From the NCBI GenBank assembly GCA_964247055.1, contig OZ176059.1:620001-684000 (forward strand): a stretch of 64,000 nt of DNA, written 5' to 3'. Below, piece by piece: positions 36,801-51,500 of this stretch (position 1 is its first letter; every line of letters begins with the position of its first letter). The notes under the pieces are model-generated. The model searched no databases. It was not told where the DNA came from and saw only the letters and a program-made list of their open reading frames with translations. The DNA comes from Paragordius varius. Lineage: Eukaryota; Animalia; Nematomorpha. The position numbers and the translations under genes are program-made.

Positions 36801-39800
36801 TAAAACGATTCCTGTATTTGTATGGCTTATATGGGTGTAAAATATGGCCTTAGTTTTCAAAGATTCGAAATTCGCTGTTTCTCATAATTTTTTTGTATGT
36901 TAATTTAACAAACGTTTTTTCACAAATTAGTCCCTATTTTGATTTTAAAAATGGCATATCTCCAGTCATATTTTTATCGATAAATTTTAATTTCATATAA
37001 TTTAATCCAATATTTGTAATTTAATTACTCGTATAAGATTGAAAATAATGTCATTCTCTTTTTAAGATATGATGAAAAAATATTTTTACATATAGAATCA
37101 TGCATGTGATAGCTTGTATTCTCTAAGGGAAAACATTATATATCTACACTATGTTGAGATTTCTTTCTATTTTATTTTGGTAAAGAATTTTGTTTATCAA
37201 TTCAATATATATTTTATATTTCGTTTGAGAAAAGCCAAATTAAACAGTACTTAGGGTCAAGTCTCAATAATACTTTGGATTCAGTACGACTATTAGCGTA
37301 AATATTACCAATCAAAATTTTAAGAAATCCTAAATATTAGAATTATACTGCCAACTTTTAAGATTAAATTCATATTGTTAAATCAAAAAAAATTGATTGT
37401 GTTAGGATAAAGTAATAAAGCAAACAGATAAATATCAATACGTTTAATAATTTATATACTGGTTAAATAAATCATTTTTGAGGTAATTGTTTCAATATTA
37501 GTATTTTTTATGCGGATAATATTACAATGCATATTAAATTAACTAATAACATATTTATGTTTAATGTAGATAATATATATAAATATTATTCTTAACCTTA
37601 AATTTTTTTCATGCTCAATGTATAATGCATGTAAATTAAAACTAATGGTCTGAAAAAATTATTGTTTAAATTATTTTTCCCACAATCTAATTTTAAATTA
37701 TGAATGGTTTTTTTTATTTCTTTACAAATTTTACTGGTTTTGCTTACAGTTATATAGTTATTAAAATCAATATTAGTCAACTAACCAATATAGCATTTAT
37801 TAATTTTTTTAAATCATTTTTTTATAAAGATATAGGCAGCTAAATGGATTAGTTGTTCAAATAATGTGGATTTTATCTCATTTTTTATATTTATTTATAA
37901 AATATTAATTCAAAATTAGTTTGTGTTATTATACTTATCTTGTTTTTAGATGGTTATGATGTGTGTAGGCTTTTTTTTCTCTGAAACTAAATTAACAGTT
38001 AAATGTTCAACCGTTATATAAGTTTTATACATATATAGTGGACATATTCGAATATTATCCCAATTTTACGACAATTATATGGTACGCTCTCCTCTATCAT
38101 TTAAACAATATTTAAATTGCTATTTATCATCACATTTTATTATGGGTTGTGAAGAATTCTCTAAAATATCCCTAAATTAATATATATATTTATATATGCT
38201 TTATTCATAAATATTAATGCTTTCTATACTCTCAAATTACCATAACACGATTTAATATAAATGGGATACTAATACATAAAATCGAATCGAATCGATCACA
38301 ATATTAAAATAACTGAAACAAACAATAATAATAATATTGATTGCATACATGCGTTACTAATTTGTTCTTTGTAAATTAATATAAATATACACTAGAGAGA
38401 AGGTGCGGATTTAAATTAACTTATCTAAAAGTGTGCCATAAAGGGCAACAAAAAAAAGCTTTGGGTTTAATCATTGTGCTAAATTTTCTCATAAAGATAA
38501 TAACTACCTTAAGTCAAAATTATGTACGCCACTACATACGTATTACTAAAAATAACTACAATCTACAATTCAGTTAATATGAAATCGTTCCTATACCAAT
38601 GAAATCCCACATTCATAATGTATATATTGTATATGTATAGTGTGTATGTATAGTTATATACTTACATGCATGCATTTTCACATTCCTAACAAAATTCCCA
38701 CACAACCCTTGGAGAAATAATGTACAAATAGATTATCAGCCCCCCCTTTTCCCCTAATTATTCGCGTAAAATTTGTTTTAATTACGTAATTACCTCATTA
38801 ACGGATATTATATTAAACAAGTAAAGTATGTTACATGGAGTTGATTGGAACAATAAAACTAATTAATTCATGATTCATTTTTGTTATTATGTGTGAGACG
38901 TGAAAATTCCATCATTTTCTATATCAAATATATTTGCGTTAACAACTGATTCGGAAAATTTTGTTACCAAAATAATATTCAAGATTACACATTCGTATTA
39001 TTGTACGACTTAGTTCTATACATAACATATATGGCGCTATCAAAGTTGAGAAAATTTGGTAGTATTAAAGTTTTTCCAAAGGCTAACATTTTTTGTTTCA
39101 TTATATCGACATTCTCATGTATGATCATATTACCATCCTGTCAAAGTAAATTTTATACCAATAATGGCATTGTTGTGGACAATAATATTAAGACTCTACA
39201 GTCATCCTTAAACCATACAAATGATATAGGCCTAAATAACCTGCATCACATTTTAATTGATGGTACGAAATATAAAAAACCTGTGACCGACGAAATATAT
39301 ACCGCTGACTCACACCGTATGAATACATTAGTTAATCGTAGGATATTTCCTTATTCCATGTATCGTTATATGATAGTGGCTAATAAACGACGTCAAAGAA
39401 AGTCAAACACACCCATAGTGCTCGGTTCTAAATTTAAGATGTCGTACCATCGTGGTGACAGCAAGGATAAAAATGTTCATCGAAACAAGACAAAAAGAAG
39501 AAAATATTATAAATTACGATATGATCAACCAATTAGAAGAAATCATAAAAAATGGCATACAAATAATCTGAAATCCGTCATCCTCACCAATCATACTATA
39601 TCAAAACCATCCAAAATCAAAACTAATAACTTTATTTTACGCCACAATATAATAGTTATGGATATTGGCACCCATAACTCTATGGGTGATAATGACAAAG
39701 AAATTGAGGCACTTGCTAAACACATTTCACTCTTTGACAATTTTTATCATTCAACACCCTTAAACACCAATGATAAAAATGGAAGAAGGAAATGGAAAAG

Positions 39801-41036
39801 CCATGGTATTAATCATAAAACTCTATTTAAGCAAAATTTTCCAGGTAAAGATAAAAATAATAAATCACAATTTAACAGCAATAACTATAACAGCCCAAAT
39901 AATGTGTTGTATGCCTTGCAGTTTAAATCAAACAATTATATACCGGCCCAGTTCACAAATAATGATGTTGTTGAAATAAAAAACAGTAATACCACCGTAT
40001 TAAGTGGTAGGAATGTACAGGAAACATTGCATCTACGAAAACACCAAGATTATTCTTCTTCTTTTTCCTCTCGAATTCCAACAACATATGGAGATGGAGA
40101 TAAAAATGGGATGAGATATTATGGTAGGAAAAAGGTTGAATCCATTTTGCCTTACATAGCACACCATGGCAAAACTAACATGAATAAAAATGATAAATTT
40201 TTAGTATACCATGACGACATAACATTCAAACTACCAAATGTTTCAAACACACGCACTGATAAAAAGCGTAATATGTTACTAAAGTTTTTAGCATTAACAC
40301 CACCAACAACATCAGTTAAAGCCTCCCACCTCAAGCATTTAAATAATCAAACAGCCAAAGACATTAGCGAAAGAAATGATAAAATTTACCGAGACCCAAA
40401 ATTATCAGTAATAAATACACTATTCCATATCCATCCTTCTAATAACGTTAGAAAAAAACTCAGAATAAGTAAGCGTTCATTGCGATACCCTTACAGTTCA
40501 TTAATTATATCACCGTATGAGAAACGTGAAATTAAAGCTTGTCCTACAGGTCAATTCCCTTGCCCGGGGAATCGACGTTGCGTGCCCTGGGAGTATCGTT
40601 GTGATGGTATAATTCATTGCGAAGATTATGCCGATGAATTGGGATGCCGTAAGCAAGCCTATATGCCAGATATATATCATTTACATCTCTCAACAATTAA
40701 AATTCACCCTAAAATAAATTATTTGTTTTAAAATTACCTGTATTTTTATATATTTTAAAAAATGAAATGTTTAAATTAAAATAATATTAAAAAAATTCAA
40801 CTATGCCAGATTTTTAGATGAGATATATTAGCCCGAAAACACAATTTATTTTTAGGGTGAATTTGGATTGTTGAAGGGGGAATTTGAGTTATAAATGATA
40901 TATATATTGACTCTTTAGTAAAAATAATTTGAATAAAATTATTAGCCCACATACAAATAATAATGGGGGCAAGTTTGAGCATTTGATTGAGCAAATGCCC
41001 AATCAAGATATTATATGTAGGGAAAGGGAGGGGGTA

Positions 41037-41075
<39 letters not shown>

Positions 41076-44000
41076 GGAAGATTGAATACCTATGTTATCA
41101 TAATTATATTTAAAGATAATTTTTTTCTAAAATCTTTTAATTTTTAAAGGGTTGTCAATTTTATAATTTGTTTAGTTATCTAATCATATTTTTATTTTGC
41201 GGTTCACACATTCAATAGGTAATATTTTAGTTTAGTTCCTTTCGGGGATATAGTTATTGTCCGATAAATTTTTCGCAAATTTTTTTTTAAAAAAGATGGC
41301 TATAGGCTGTATAATATATTGTGTGTGATAATATGACATCATATAGATAAAAATATTTTTTAGCAACTTAATAATAATAATAATATAAAAATGTTAGGAT
41401 AGAAACATACACATACACATCTTCTTAATATTTCAAATTTACATTTTTATTGAATTTTGTGTATACTAACTCACTTACTTACTTTAGTTTAACATTGATG
41501 AATCCGTGCTAGGAATATGGTTTTATCTAATTTATAAAGGATAAATATTAAATATACTATATCATTTCTCTCAAACAACCTGATGCCTATTTACAGCCAT
41601 CATATAAAAATGATTTTTTATACTCATTTTTTTGGTATGACGCAATGGCATATATACTGTATAGACAAATTTCGTTGCCAATATTCATTTATTTTATCAT
41701 ATCTATTTTTAACTATTAAGAGAAAACAAACTTGGGGTAATTGTTATAAAAATGATTTTTAAAAGATTTTTCGAGAATGTATATATGCGTTTTAAGTTTG
41801 TACAGATTTGAAAAAAATACTAAATAATTGAATATATTTAACATTTTCTGGATATTATAATTTTGTTTTAAGTCAAAAATTTTCGGTTCCATATTAATCT
41901 TTTTTGCGGAACTACGGTTTAAAAAATATTTTTATTAATTAGTTTTTTATAATTATTTTTCGGGACGGTTTAAGCCTAAGCCCTATTTATTTATATATAT
42001 AACAAATTTTTTAATATTTATATATGGTTATAAATTTGTCACGTTATCCATGCCCCTTAGTTGATGAAATGAAAACGAAAACCAGCGAATGAAAACAAAT
42101 AATTAGTGCAAAAATTATTTTTTTTAAAAAAATTCCATTAAACTGGAACAGCTTATTTGTGGAAAATAGTTATTCTCGAAAAATATTTCATGAAAATGAA
42201 ACGGTCTAATATAATCGTTCCATCATAATCATTATTTATTGGATTGCAAATTACTTTGGTTTAATATTATCTTTAAAACTAAAATAATAAGTGATTTTGT
42301 AAAATAAAACTTTAACTAAGTTTCCCTTTTCCCCAACATATTCCGGATAAAGTCAATATAATAGGTTTATAAATTAAAAAAGGGTCTGGGAATGCTATAT
42401 ATAATATGTATATATAGCAAGTATAATTATACGGGACTTTAATAACTCCATATATCATTGCCAATCCTATTTGTAATATATATATATATATATATAATAC
42501 ATATATATAATCATATAAAATGGGAAAACGGGTTTCGAATTGCCAAATTGGGTGTAAACATGTAACATGAGACACAAATCTAAATAATTTGTTTTATGAT
42601 AATTTTTTTTGATATGCTGTATAAATATGACATGGTTGAAATTATTTTTGTAAAATAATTCCAATTTTTTTAAAACTAAAATAAGATATATAATAAACTT
42701 CTTTTTCTGTGTAAATAAAATTATATTGAAACAATATATTGTAATTAAATTTTTTTGTTCAAAAACATTGAAAATATTAATTTTATGGGGTGATCTACGT
42801 ATGATAAAAATTGATAAAAAATTATTTATTTCACTAATCATGATAAAAAGCCAAACTTTTAAATTTTTAATATATATCATATATTATACTGAATGACGGT
42901 TTTACTTAATGAATCACTTAATAAGCGAATTCATAAATTATACAGTCGTTTGATAATATATTAAATAATTTATTAAATTAACGGCTTCTTTTTACTTACG
43001 CTAGTTATAGTTATATACTTGCATCAATATATAAAAAATAATATAATATATTTTACTTATCTTTTCTATTTACGGTTTGTAGCTCAACCTGTTATATGTG
43101 GAACGAATGAATTTCGTTGCACCAATGGACAATGTATCCCCTATTCCCTTAAATGTAATCAAATCTATGATTGTGTTGATCGTTCCGATGAAACTAATTG
43201 CCTTACAGGTAAATTTAAAACTATCATTGTCGGAAAAATAAAATAGCTCCTTTAAAAAAGAGAAAATATATTGTTAAAAAATATTTTAATATAGTTTCAT
43301 TAAATTTATTTTGACTTTTAAGTGTGTTAACCAAAAACGCCATCTTTTGACCTGAAATTTTATTAAAAGCAATATATTTTTTTATTCAATACATAGCTAG
43401 TATATACTGGAAAAAATTTTTAGTATATACTAGCTTTTATTCAGCAGGCCCACTCCTAAAATGATAATAAACCATAATATTTCAAATTTGATCACTAGTT
43501 TTTGAATTATCCTTATTTATCCTTAATTTTAACGTTTTGCCCGATTTCGATTTTCTCTCAATATTTCAAAAACTACGTTGTCAACAAATAAAAATTTTTG
43601 TGGCAAATGAATACGCTGGTCATAAGCTATCTCATGAAAAAAAATTTTTTCGTTTAAATTTTTTTGAACACAGTGTATATATATTTATATATTATATATA
43701 GATGAACCAAGATCCATATATTATTCAAGTACTGGTTCTCATACCCTTTCGCCATGGAAATCAACGGCCCGCACAGAGGACATGACAACAAGTTAAAATT
43801 GTTTTAAATCGTTGATTTTAATTTAAATAATATTTGAGATTTTTAAATTATATCATATGTTTTGGTTTAGAAAAAATTGATTAATTATAACGTAAAAAAA
43901 ATAAAACACGATTTATGAGGAAAGATATCCATCGATCACAAACAAAAAATTTATCAATATAGAAAGATTTGTAAAAACTGGAGTTAAACCGTAATGATTC

Positions 44001-47000
44001 TATAATATACATTAAAATAAGCGATTTAGGTATTTTATAGTTAAATTTTATCTTATTACACACATGTTGCATTTAAATAAATTTCTGATATCCCAATAAA
44101 GTTTTTTGCCGTAATATACTTTGTTTATATCATAATACATGTATGAATATATACCATTTACGATTCAAATTCACACCCTTAAACAATTCAAATTCACCCT
44201 CGAACACTCGAACAATATAAATTCACCCTCAAAATATATGATTTTTAGGATTAAAAATTACCTATATTATTACATATTTTTAAAAATAAAAAATATGTTT
44301 TAAATTAAAAATCACTGAAAAAATAATAAACTATGCGATAAAGATATATTTCATATCAATAATGTTAAATTAGTTCGAAAACACATAATTTATTTTTAGG
44401 GTGAATTTGAATTTTTAAAGGGTGATTTGAACTGTAAGTGGTATATATGTGTGCCTTATAAAATAATTGATATTTTTACATAAAACGAGTCCGCTTCTTA
44501 CTCTTGATAACAAAACCATACCGGTGTCATTTAGCACGGTTGATTTACACTTAACTAAACTTTTTCATCTTCAATACTGAAGGTAGCGGAATCGAAAAAG
44601 AGTATCTCTAATTATTTTTCACATCTTGAATTATTAATTTGGCTGTCATCGTCATTTATGGTCGAAAGCCAGCTTTTAAGGCGTTGTTATGGAATCGATA
44701 TCATTATTTGAATATATTTCTTTCAATATTTTTTTCTTAGTAATACGTTTATTATAATACTAAATAATTTATTTCCATTTATTGGCCTGTATTTTTTTAA
44801 CTGATATTTGCAGAATTATTTATATTAATATATTAAACAGAAATTTGTTATTCCCTTTTTTCCATACCACAGATTTCGAAGAGGATATCATTAAAAATGA
44901 TCTTGGTTTCAATGATAATGATATGGACACACTAAAACCCTTTGAATATCTTGGATTAGATTCAGTGAGCAGTCAAACAGGAGCGCCTTGGAAACGTACC
45001 CCTTCTGTTGGTAAAATAAAACACACCATTATAAATATTATTTATTTCAGTAGAAATGATATAACCATTCCTTTAAATGATAATAATTTTTTTTGGAGAA
45101 CACTTATAGAGATTGATTAAATTAAATTTCAATTTTATACGTATTTTAATATATTTAACTACTTTTTCGTCAAATAATCTCTGCTTCAGATATGGGTGGA
45201 CAACAAATCTTCGAAGGGGAAACACAAAATCAACACCGGGTCAGGCTACATGATTTAACTAGCCAATCTAGTTATGCCAATTATCCTGGTACAACTCCAA
45301 CATTTTTTCCACAAACAAGCGGTGAACGGACACTGGGTAGTACCAATAATTACGAATCTGAAACAACAAGGTATCAAGATTTAATTGGCGGCACACCTCA
45401 TAACACAATGAATTATCAATTTTCAACACATGATTCTACCATGTCACCAATACTATCATCAACGGATAAATTATTGCCTTCAATCTCAACCATTGATTAC
45501 GAGGATCATGATAATATCTTATCATCAACGTTACCCGATAATGCTAATATGATAGACAACACTTTAATGACATCAACTCTGCAACACAGGGCAGCATACC
45601 ACGAACAAGATGGTGTCAAACATTTGATGGGTGCCATCAATACAAACCGACCTGAAATACGGAGTACAACGATAGAAGGTATATATAAATATTACTTAAA
45701 AATCTTTCATTTAATCACCACATTTTTTCATTTCACACTTTATCATTCAATCTTTACCTTTTCATCGAAAGCTAAACTATAACGCTCAGCATTTTATATA
45801 AACACATTTTTTTAAATTTAAATTGGTTATTTAAATTTTGGGCGCATTTTATATAATTTTACAAAAAAACAATATCCGTAATGATAAAACCAAAAATAAA
45901 GAAAAACATGAAAGTTAAATGACTACCAGTCCTGAATGTTGAATCTAAAGTTTTATTGTTGTTATGGCAAAGATCGTTGTGAATTATATATTTTTTTAAA
46001 TTTGATGCATTTTTATTGTTAGGTCAACTACTAATATATTTATAATATCCTATTTGGTCGGTTGTTAATCTAGCCCAGTGATAATTAAGAAAAAAGGGCC
46101 AAAAATATTTTTCTTGTCCAAAAGCCATAATACCGATATTTCATAGCCACATTTGGACATATTTATACTCCAATATTTACATAAAATATATTAGTAGTTT
46201 AAGGCCATAAAAAAGCATTTTTAAGCGCATGCAGCTCGTGCCGGGGTTTGAGTATGACGAAGTTATATTGGTTAAATAAGGGATATTAGTTATATGTTTG
46301 AATGAAAAAAATGTTTCATATATGTTAAAATTTATCGTATTCAAATTATATAAATTTTATGTTAGATGATAGCCTTGATGTTGATGTTGTATTAAGACCA
46401 ACTTACCTTGAAATCCCATTCCAGGGTTCAGGCATTTTCGAAGTACATAAATTTATATCCATTAATTTTACATAAAATTAATTTAATTTTATAGTGTAAA
46501 TCTTTGACTATTGTAACTTTTATTCCCCAATTTTTATATAATTTATTTATAAGCAAGTTAAAAATTTTTTGATAAAATGAACTTATTGCTCGTTCAGGAT
46601 TTAATCAATGCATTCATACTTTGTCTTACACTTAAACTAATATAAATTATATTGGTGTGGTAGTAAATATTACTTTGAATAAATTATTATAATAACCGAC
46701 ACATATAAAAGTATGTGTAAAATACATTGCTAGGTTTTTCTTATTAATTAGTGCCAGATAGCATATACGGCAAAGGGCATCATTATTAGTTAATAGCGGT
46801 GAAAAGCGTTGGAAAAATAATTACAGGCCAATAATATTGCCCTTTGCTTTGTATGCTATCTGGCAATGATTAATTACTAATCTATATATCTATTACGTAT
46901 ATATATAATATTCTCAACTAAGGTTTTTATACGGTATCGCAATGTACCCCAACATGAATATGATCGTACCTACTATGAAAGTATTGAATGGAAACGTGGT

Positions 47001-47559
47001 GATGGGAAACCACTATCATCACCATCATCGGCTGCGCATGGGTATGGAGGAGGGCGTATTTATGCCATAAATGCTGGTAAACGCCTTATAGTAAATCGTG
47101 CCCATGTCCAGGATCAAGGTACGTATGTTTGCCGTATAATTATACGGCACAGGAGAGATAATCAAATAATTTGGTCAACGGAAAAAAGTGTAACTTTACG
47201 TGTTATTCAACCAACTTCACATATGCCAATACCGGCAACATCAGGTATGCGCTTTAAATTTAAGTGTGATTAATTATTATGGTAGATAACATTTAATCTC
47301 CCCCACCCTTATAATCCTTTATACACAGCGCCTGTTAACTAATTAGTGCATGCTGATAATCATCCATTTTTTTGATTTGAAATAAATTATTATCTCACAA
47401 TGTATGTAATAATAAAAAATATATTTTTTTTATATATTTTATTAGTCTTAATAGTATATATAATATTAAATATTATAAAACTAAATATTAACTAAAAAAT
47501 AATCTAGAAATTTTATGTAATTCTTTTGAGATTAAGGTCTTTATGAGGGGGATCTACTT

Positions 47560-47619
<60 letters not shown>

Positions 47620-48524
47620 AATGCAGCAACGTAGGACAATAGATAGGTTTAAGCAACATTTTATAAATTTACATAATATGAATGTTAAACGTTTTTAGTG
47701 CAACAACATCATCATCAAATTACGACTACTATACCATCTCCACCAGTAATACAAAGAACTACACCAGCAAATACCCTCACACCCCCACCACAAGAGGATT
47801 ACTACAAATTTCAACATTATCCAACACGCCATCCCACTCATATTGATCTGGCTGTGGCCCCTGCTTCTGCCAGGCAATCTACGAGACCAGAGATTACCAA
47901 TGAATCCCATCAAAGCCATAACGCAAGTTCATCCGTTCTAACGTCTTACTATGCTGAATACCATAGCAGAAGGCGACAACATGAAGAGGAAGAAAATCGT
48001 AGAAAAATCCTTTCTGACATGAATGCAAGACGGGTTCAACAAGAGGCTCATGCATATTCGCATCAATTACTATCGCAACAATCTAGGTATGTATTATTAA
48101 CTAACTAACTACACATATACCATTTACAATTCAAATTCACCTTTAAACAATTCAAATTCACCCTTGAACTATTCAAATTCACCCTTGAACAATTCAAATT
48201 CATTCTCGAACAATTCAAATTTACCCTAAAAATAAATTATGAAATTTCGGTCTAATATAACTCATCATTATTATTAAATATATTTTTATGGCAAAGTTTA
48301 TTATTTTTTCAGTATTATTTTGATTACATACAAAGTTTCTTTTTTTAAAATAAAAATATAGGTAATTTTTAATCGTAAATTAAACACATAATTTATTTTA
48401 TGGTGAATTTGAATTGTTCAAGGGTGAACTTGAATTTTTTAAGTGTGAATTTGAACTGTAAATGGTATATAATCAAACTTATTGGCATAGATAAGATACG
48501 ATTCTAGAAATGTGATATATTATA

Positions 48525-48590
<66 letters not shown>

Positions 48591-51500
48591 GCACAATGTG
48601 CTTTATTGAATTTCTCTTGCTATATATATATATAACAGACATAATGTCCAACCGCATCATGGCGCGTTTATTAATGTAAGCAACATATACACAAGTCCAC
48701 AACCACCTCGGGTAATTACTCAACATATTATAAGGAAGATTATTGATAGCCGATACTTGAAATTACATGTAGAACCTGCCCATGCCACAGTCATTATGGT
48801 AATCTATATATAAAATGTTTGATAAACGATGGGGAAAACATTCACATATTCAATGAAATATAATTTAGGCAAACAACGCTTCCAATTGCTTAATTTTTTT
48901 ACCAATTTCAAATTATAACCAATAATATTTTGTTTATTGTATATGCGTAATATTTATTAGATTTTAAATGATAAATATTTTTTCAATAGTATTAACTGAT
49001 CAAATATATTCTTTTGTATGAATTACAAATTCACATTAATAAAAGTTGTTAAATCCGTAATATAATGTGATAAACGAAAATTAAATGGAAAGTTAATTGA
49101 AATTATATATTTATAAACTGAAACTATAAATAACATATGTTGTTTCTATTTGTTTTAAATATAAAATAATAAAATTTTATTGAATTAACAAATTAAAAAT
49201 ACTAATATTACAATACTACTTATTTCCAATCCACAAAAGTGATCATCTTAAAAAGGAAATTCCCCTTTTGTGGATTAGGAACTAGAAGTAGTATTATAAT
49301 CGTACTATTTTATATTTGCTCTTTATAAAGTCATAATTTCATATCATATTCATTTTAATCCAAGGGACAAGGTATTAGGTACATATGTCGCCTGTTTGAT
49401 CAATCACCCCAAAGTACTATGAATGACAATGTACAGCCATCAACATTACCGCTACCTCAAATCGATTGGATACGGCTTAGTGGAGGGAATTCGCGCAATT
49501 TAACCTTACCTTGGCCAAGGGCCCGAGTACAATATGAACATAGTAGTAGTCACAGCGACAGCGATGTAAATAGGGAGCGATCAATCCAAGCTACACTTAT
49601 GATATTACCCGTCCTAGAATCTGATCAAGGGCATTACGGATGTGTTTTGCGTCAAACAGCTGCACAAAGTGGTGGCCACCAACAATCATATGATAGGGCA
49701 CTCAGGGCTGTCGTTACATTACGTGTTAATCCGACCACCCACACTAATGTACAACAAAGGAATCAAATTCTTCAACATCAAAACTTGGTAACACAAAGAC
49801 AACAAGTAACAAGTCCATCAACGCTTGAAACAATTTCGTCTACACAATCCAACACAAATCGAGGATCGCAAAGACCCTCATTACAAAGACCACACTTTGC
49901 TGCCACTAGGGACCCTAGTAGGAGCGGACTAACCCGTATAACTTCCCCTGTTCCACATCCTCATGTAAAAGTTTTTTTAATGAAATAAAACTTTATTTCA
50001 TAAAAGCTGTATATTTTTGTTTTCTTTGCATATGTGCATGATTTATGGCATATCATTTACAGTGTGAGTAAAAAATACATTGCTAGTTTTTCATTTAATC
50101 TTGGGAGATAGCAAGTAAAACATCTTGTTGGCTCAAAGCAGGAATGTCCAACATGCGGCCCGCGAAAAATTTGGCAGTCCATAATTTGAAAAAATATTGT
50201 CAAAAAATCTTGGCAACATATTTTTTTTCTGAATAAGTTTACAATTGGCAATGGGACTAGAAAGATTGTTATATGTTTTTCTTATCTTGGAAAATTAATA
50301 ATTATTTAATAATGTCCATATATATGTCTTGAATGCGCACGCTAAATTTTTAAGCTAAAAATGCGGCCCGCGAAGCCATTTGTTTTGTACCGCCGCCTAG
50401 CTTAGGGGAAGAAAAAACCAAATCTTAAATTTTATATTATATATGCACCATTGTCATTTATTAAAAATGCTAACTGGCAATAACTTATGGATATATTTTT
50501 ATCTTAAATTACTATGTATGCTGGATTTAGATTCTTCATGGACTAATAGGCGGATCTCACATGCAAATAAAAGATATCCAACGGGGTGATCAATCAATAC
50601 ATGACGATAGAATGGGAAATGGTAATCAATTACCGCAAAGACCATATAATCAGCACATGTTACAAACAACGCCTGTTCCCAGTAATAGCAATATCTCATA
50701 TATGTACATTAGCTAAATTTAACACATATATAGTTGTTAAAATGTGAGTGTTTTCGGTATAGATTAAATGATTTTCTAATCACAAGGGTGCTATTCGATA
50801 GCAACTGTTTTGACTGCTTGTCAGGAAATAAAATATGTAGTGTAGATGATCGTTATGGATTTTTCTTAATTATATTAGTATTAGGGGCAGATTACAAAGA
50901 TTTACAATGGAATAAATTCTGTAAGATCGTGATAAAATTTATGTTAGTTTTCACCAAAACTCTATAATACTCAACATAACGTGTTTCGATTGCATTTTGA
51001 TTACTTCATGGATATAAATTTAAAATTTTTTGTATAACATAAATATTTTAAACTAAAAAAGTACGCAATTATATTATTATTTAATTACAAAATATCTAAG
51101 ATACTTAAAAATATGTTGAGCTTTCACCCAAATGCCACCTGACTACCGAAATTCGTGATAGTAATTATTTATCCAAACACCGAAATATTAATTACACCAC
51201 CCGAAAATTCTCAAATTATACATTATGGGTTAAATAAATATTTATATGTTAATCATTGATTTCGTATAATATTATCAAGATGACTGTTTTATCTTATTTT
51301 TTTAGTATTATTATCGTAAAAACACAAATAAAATTTCAACTCTTTACTTAAACTTATTTCCTTATCGATATGCAGTATAAGTGAGGATACATTGTTGTTT
51401 TATTACAGTTATTGCCGAATGGCACATATAGAAAAAAGAACTATTAATTGCGCTAATTGCAAAAATTCAATAATATCGCCTTTTACATTTATACCAAGGG

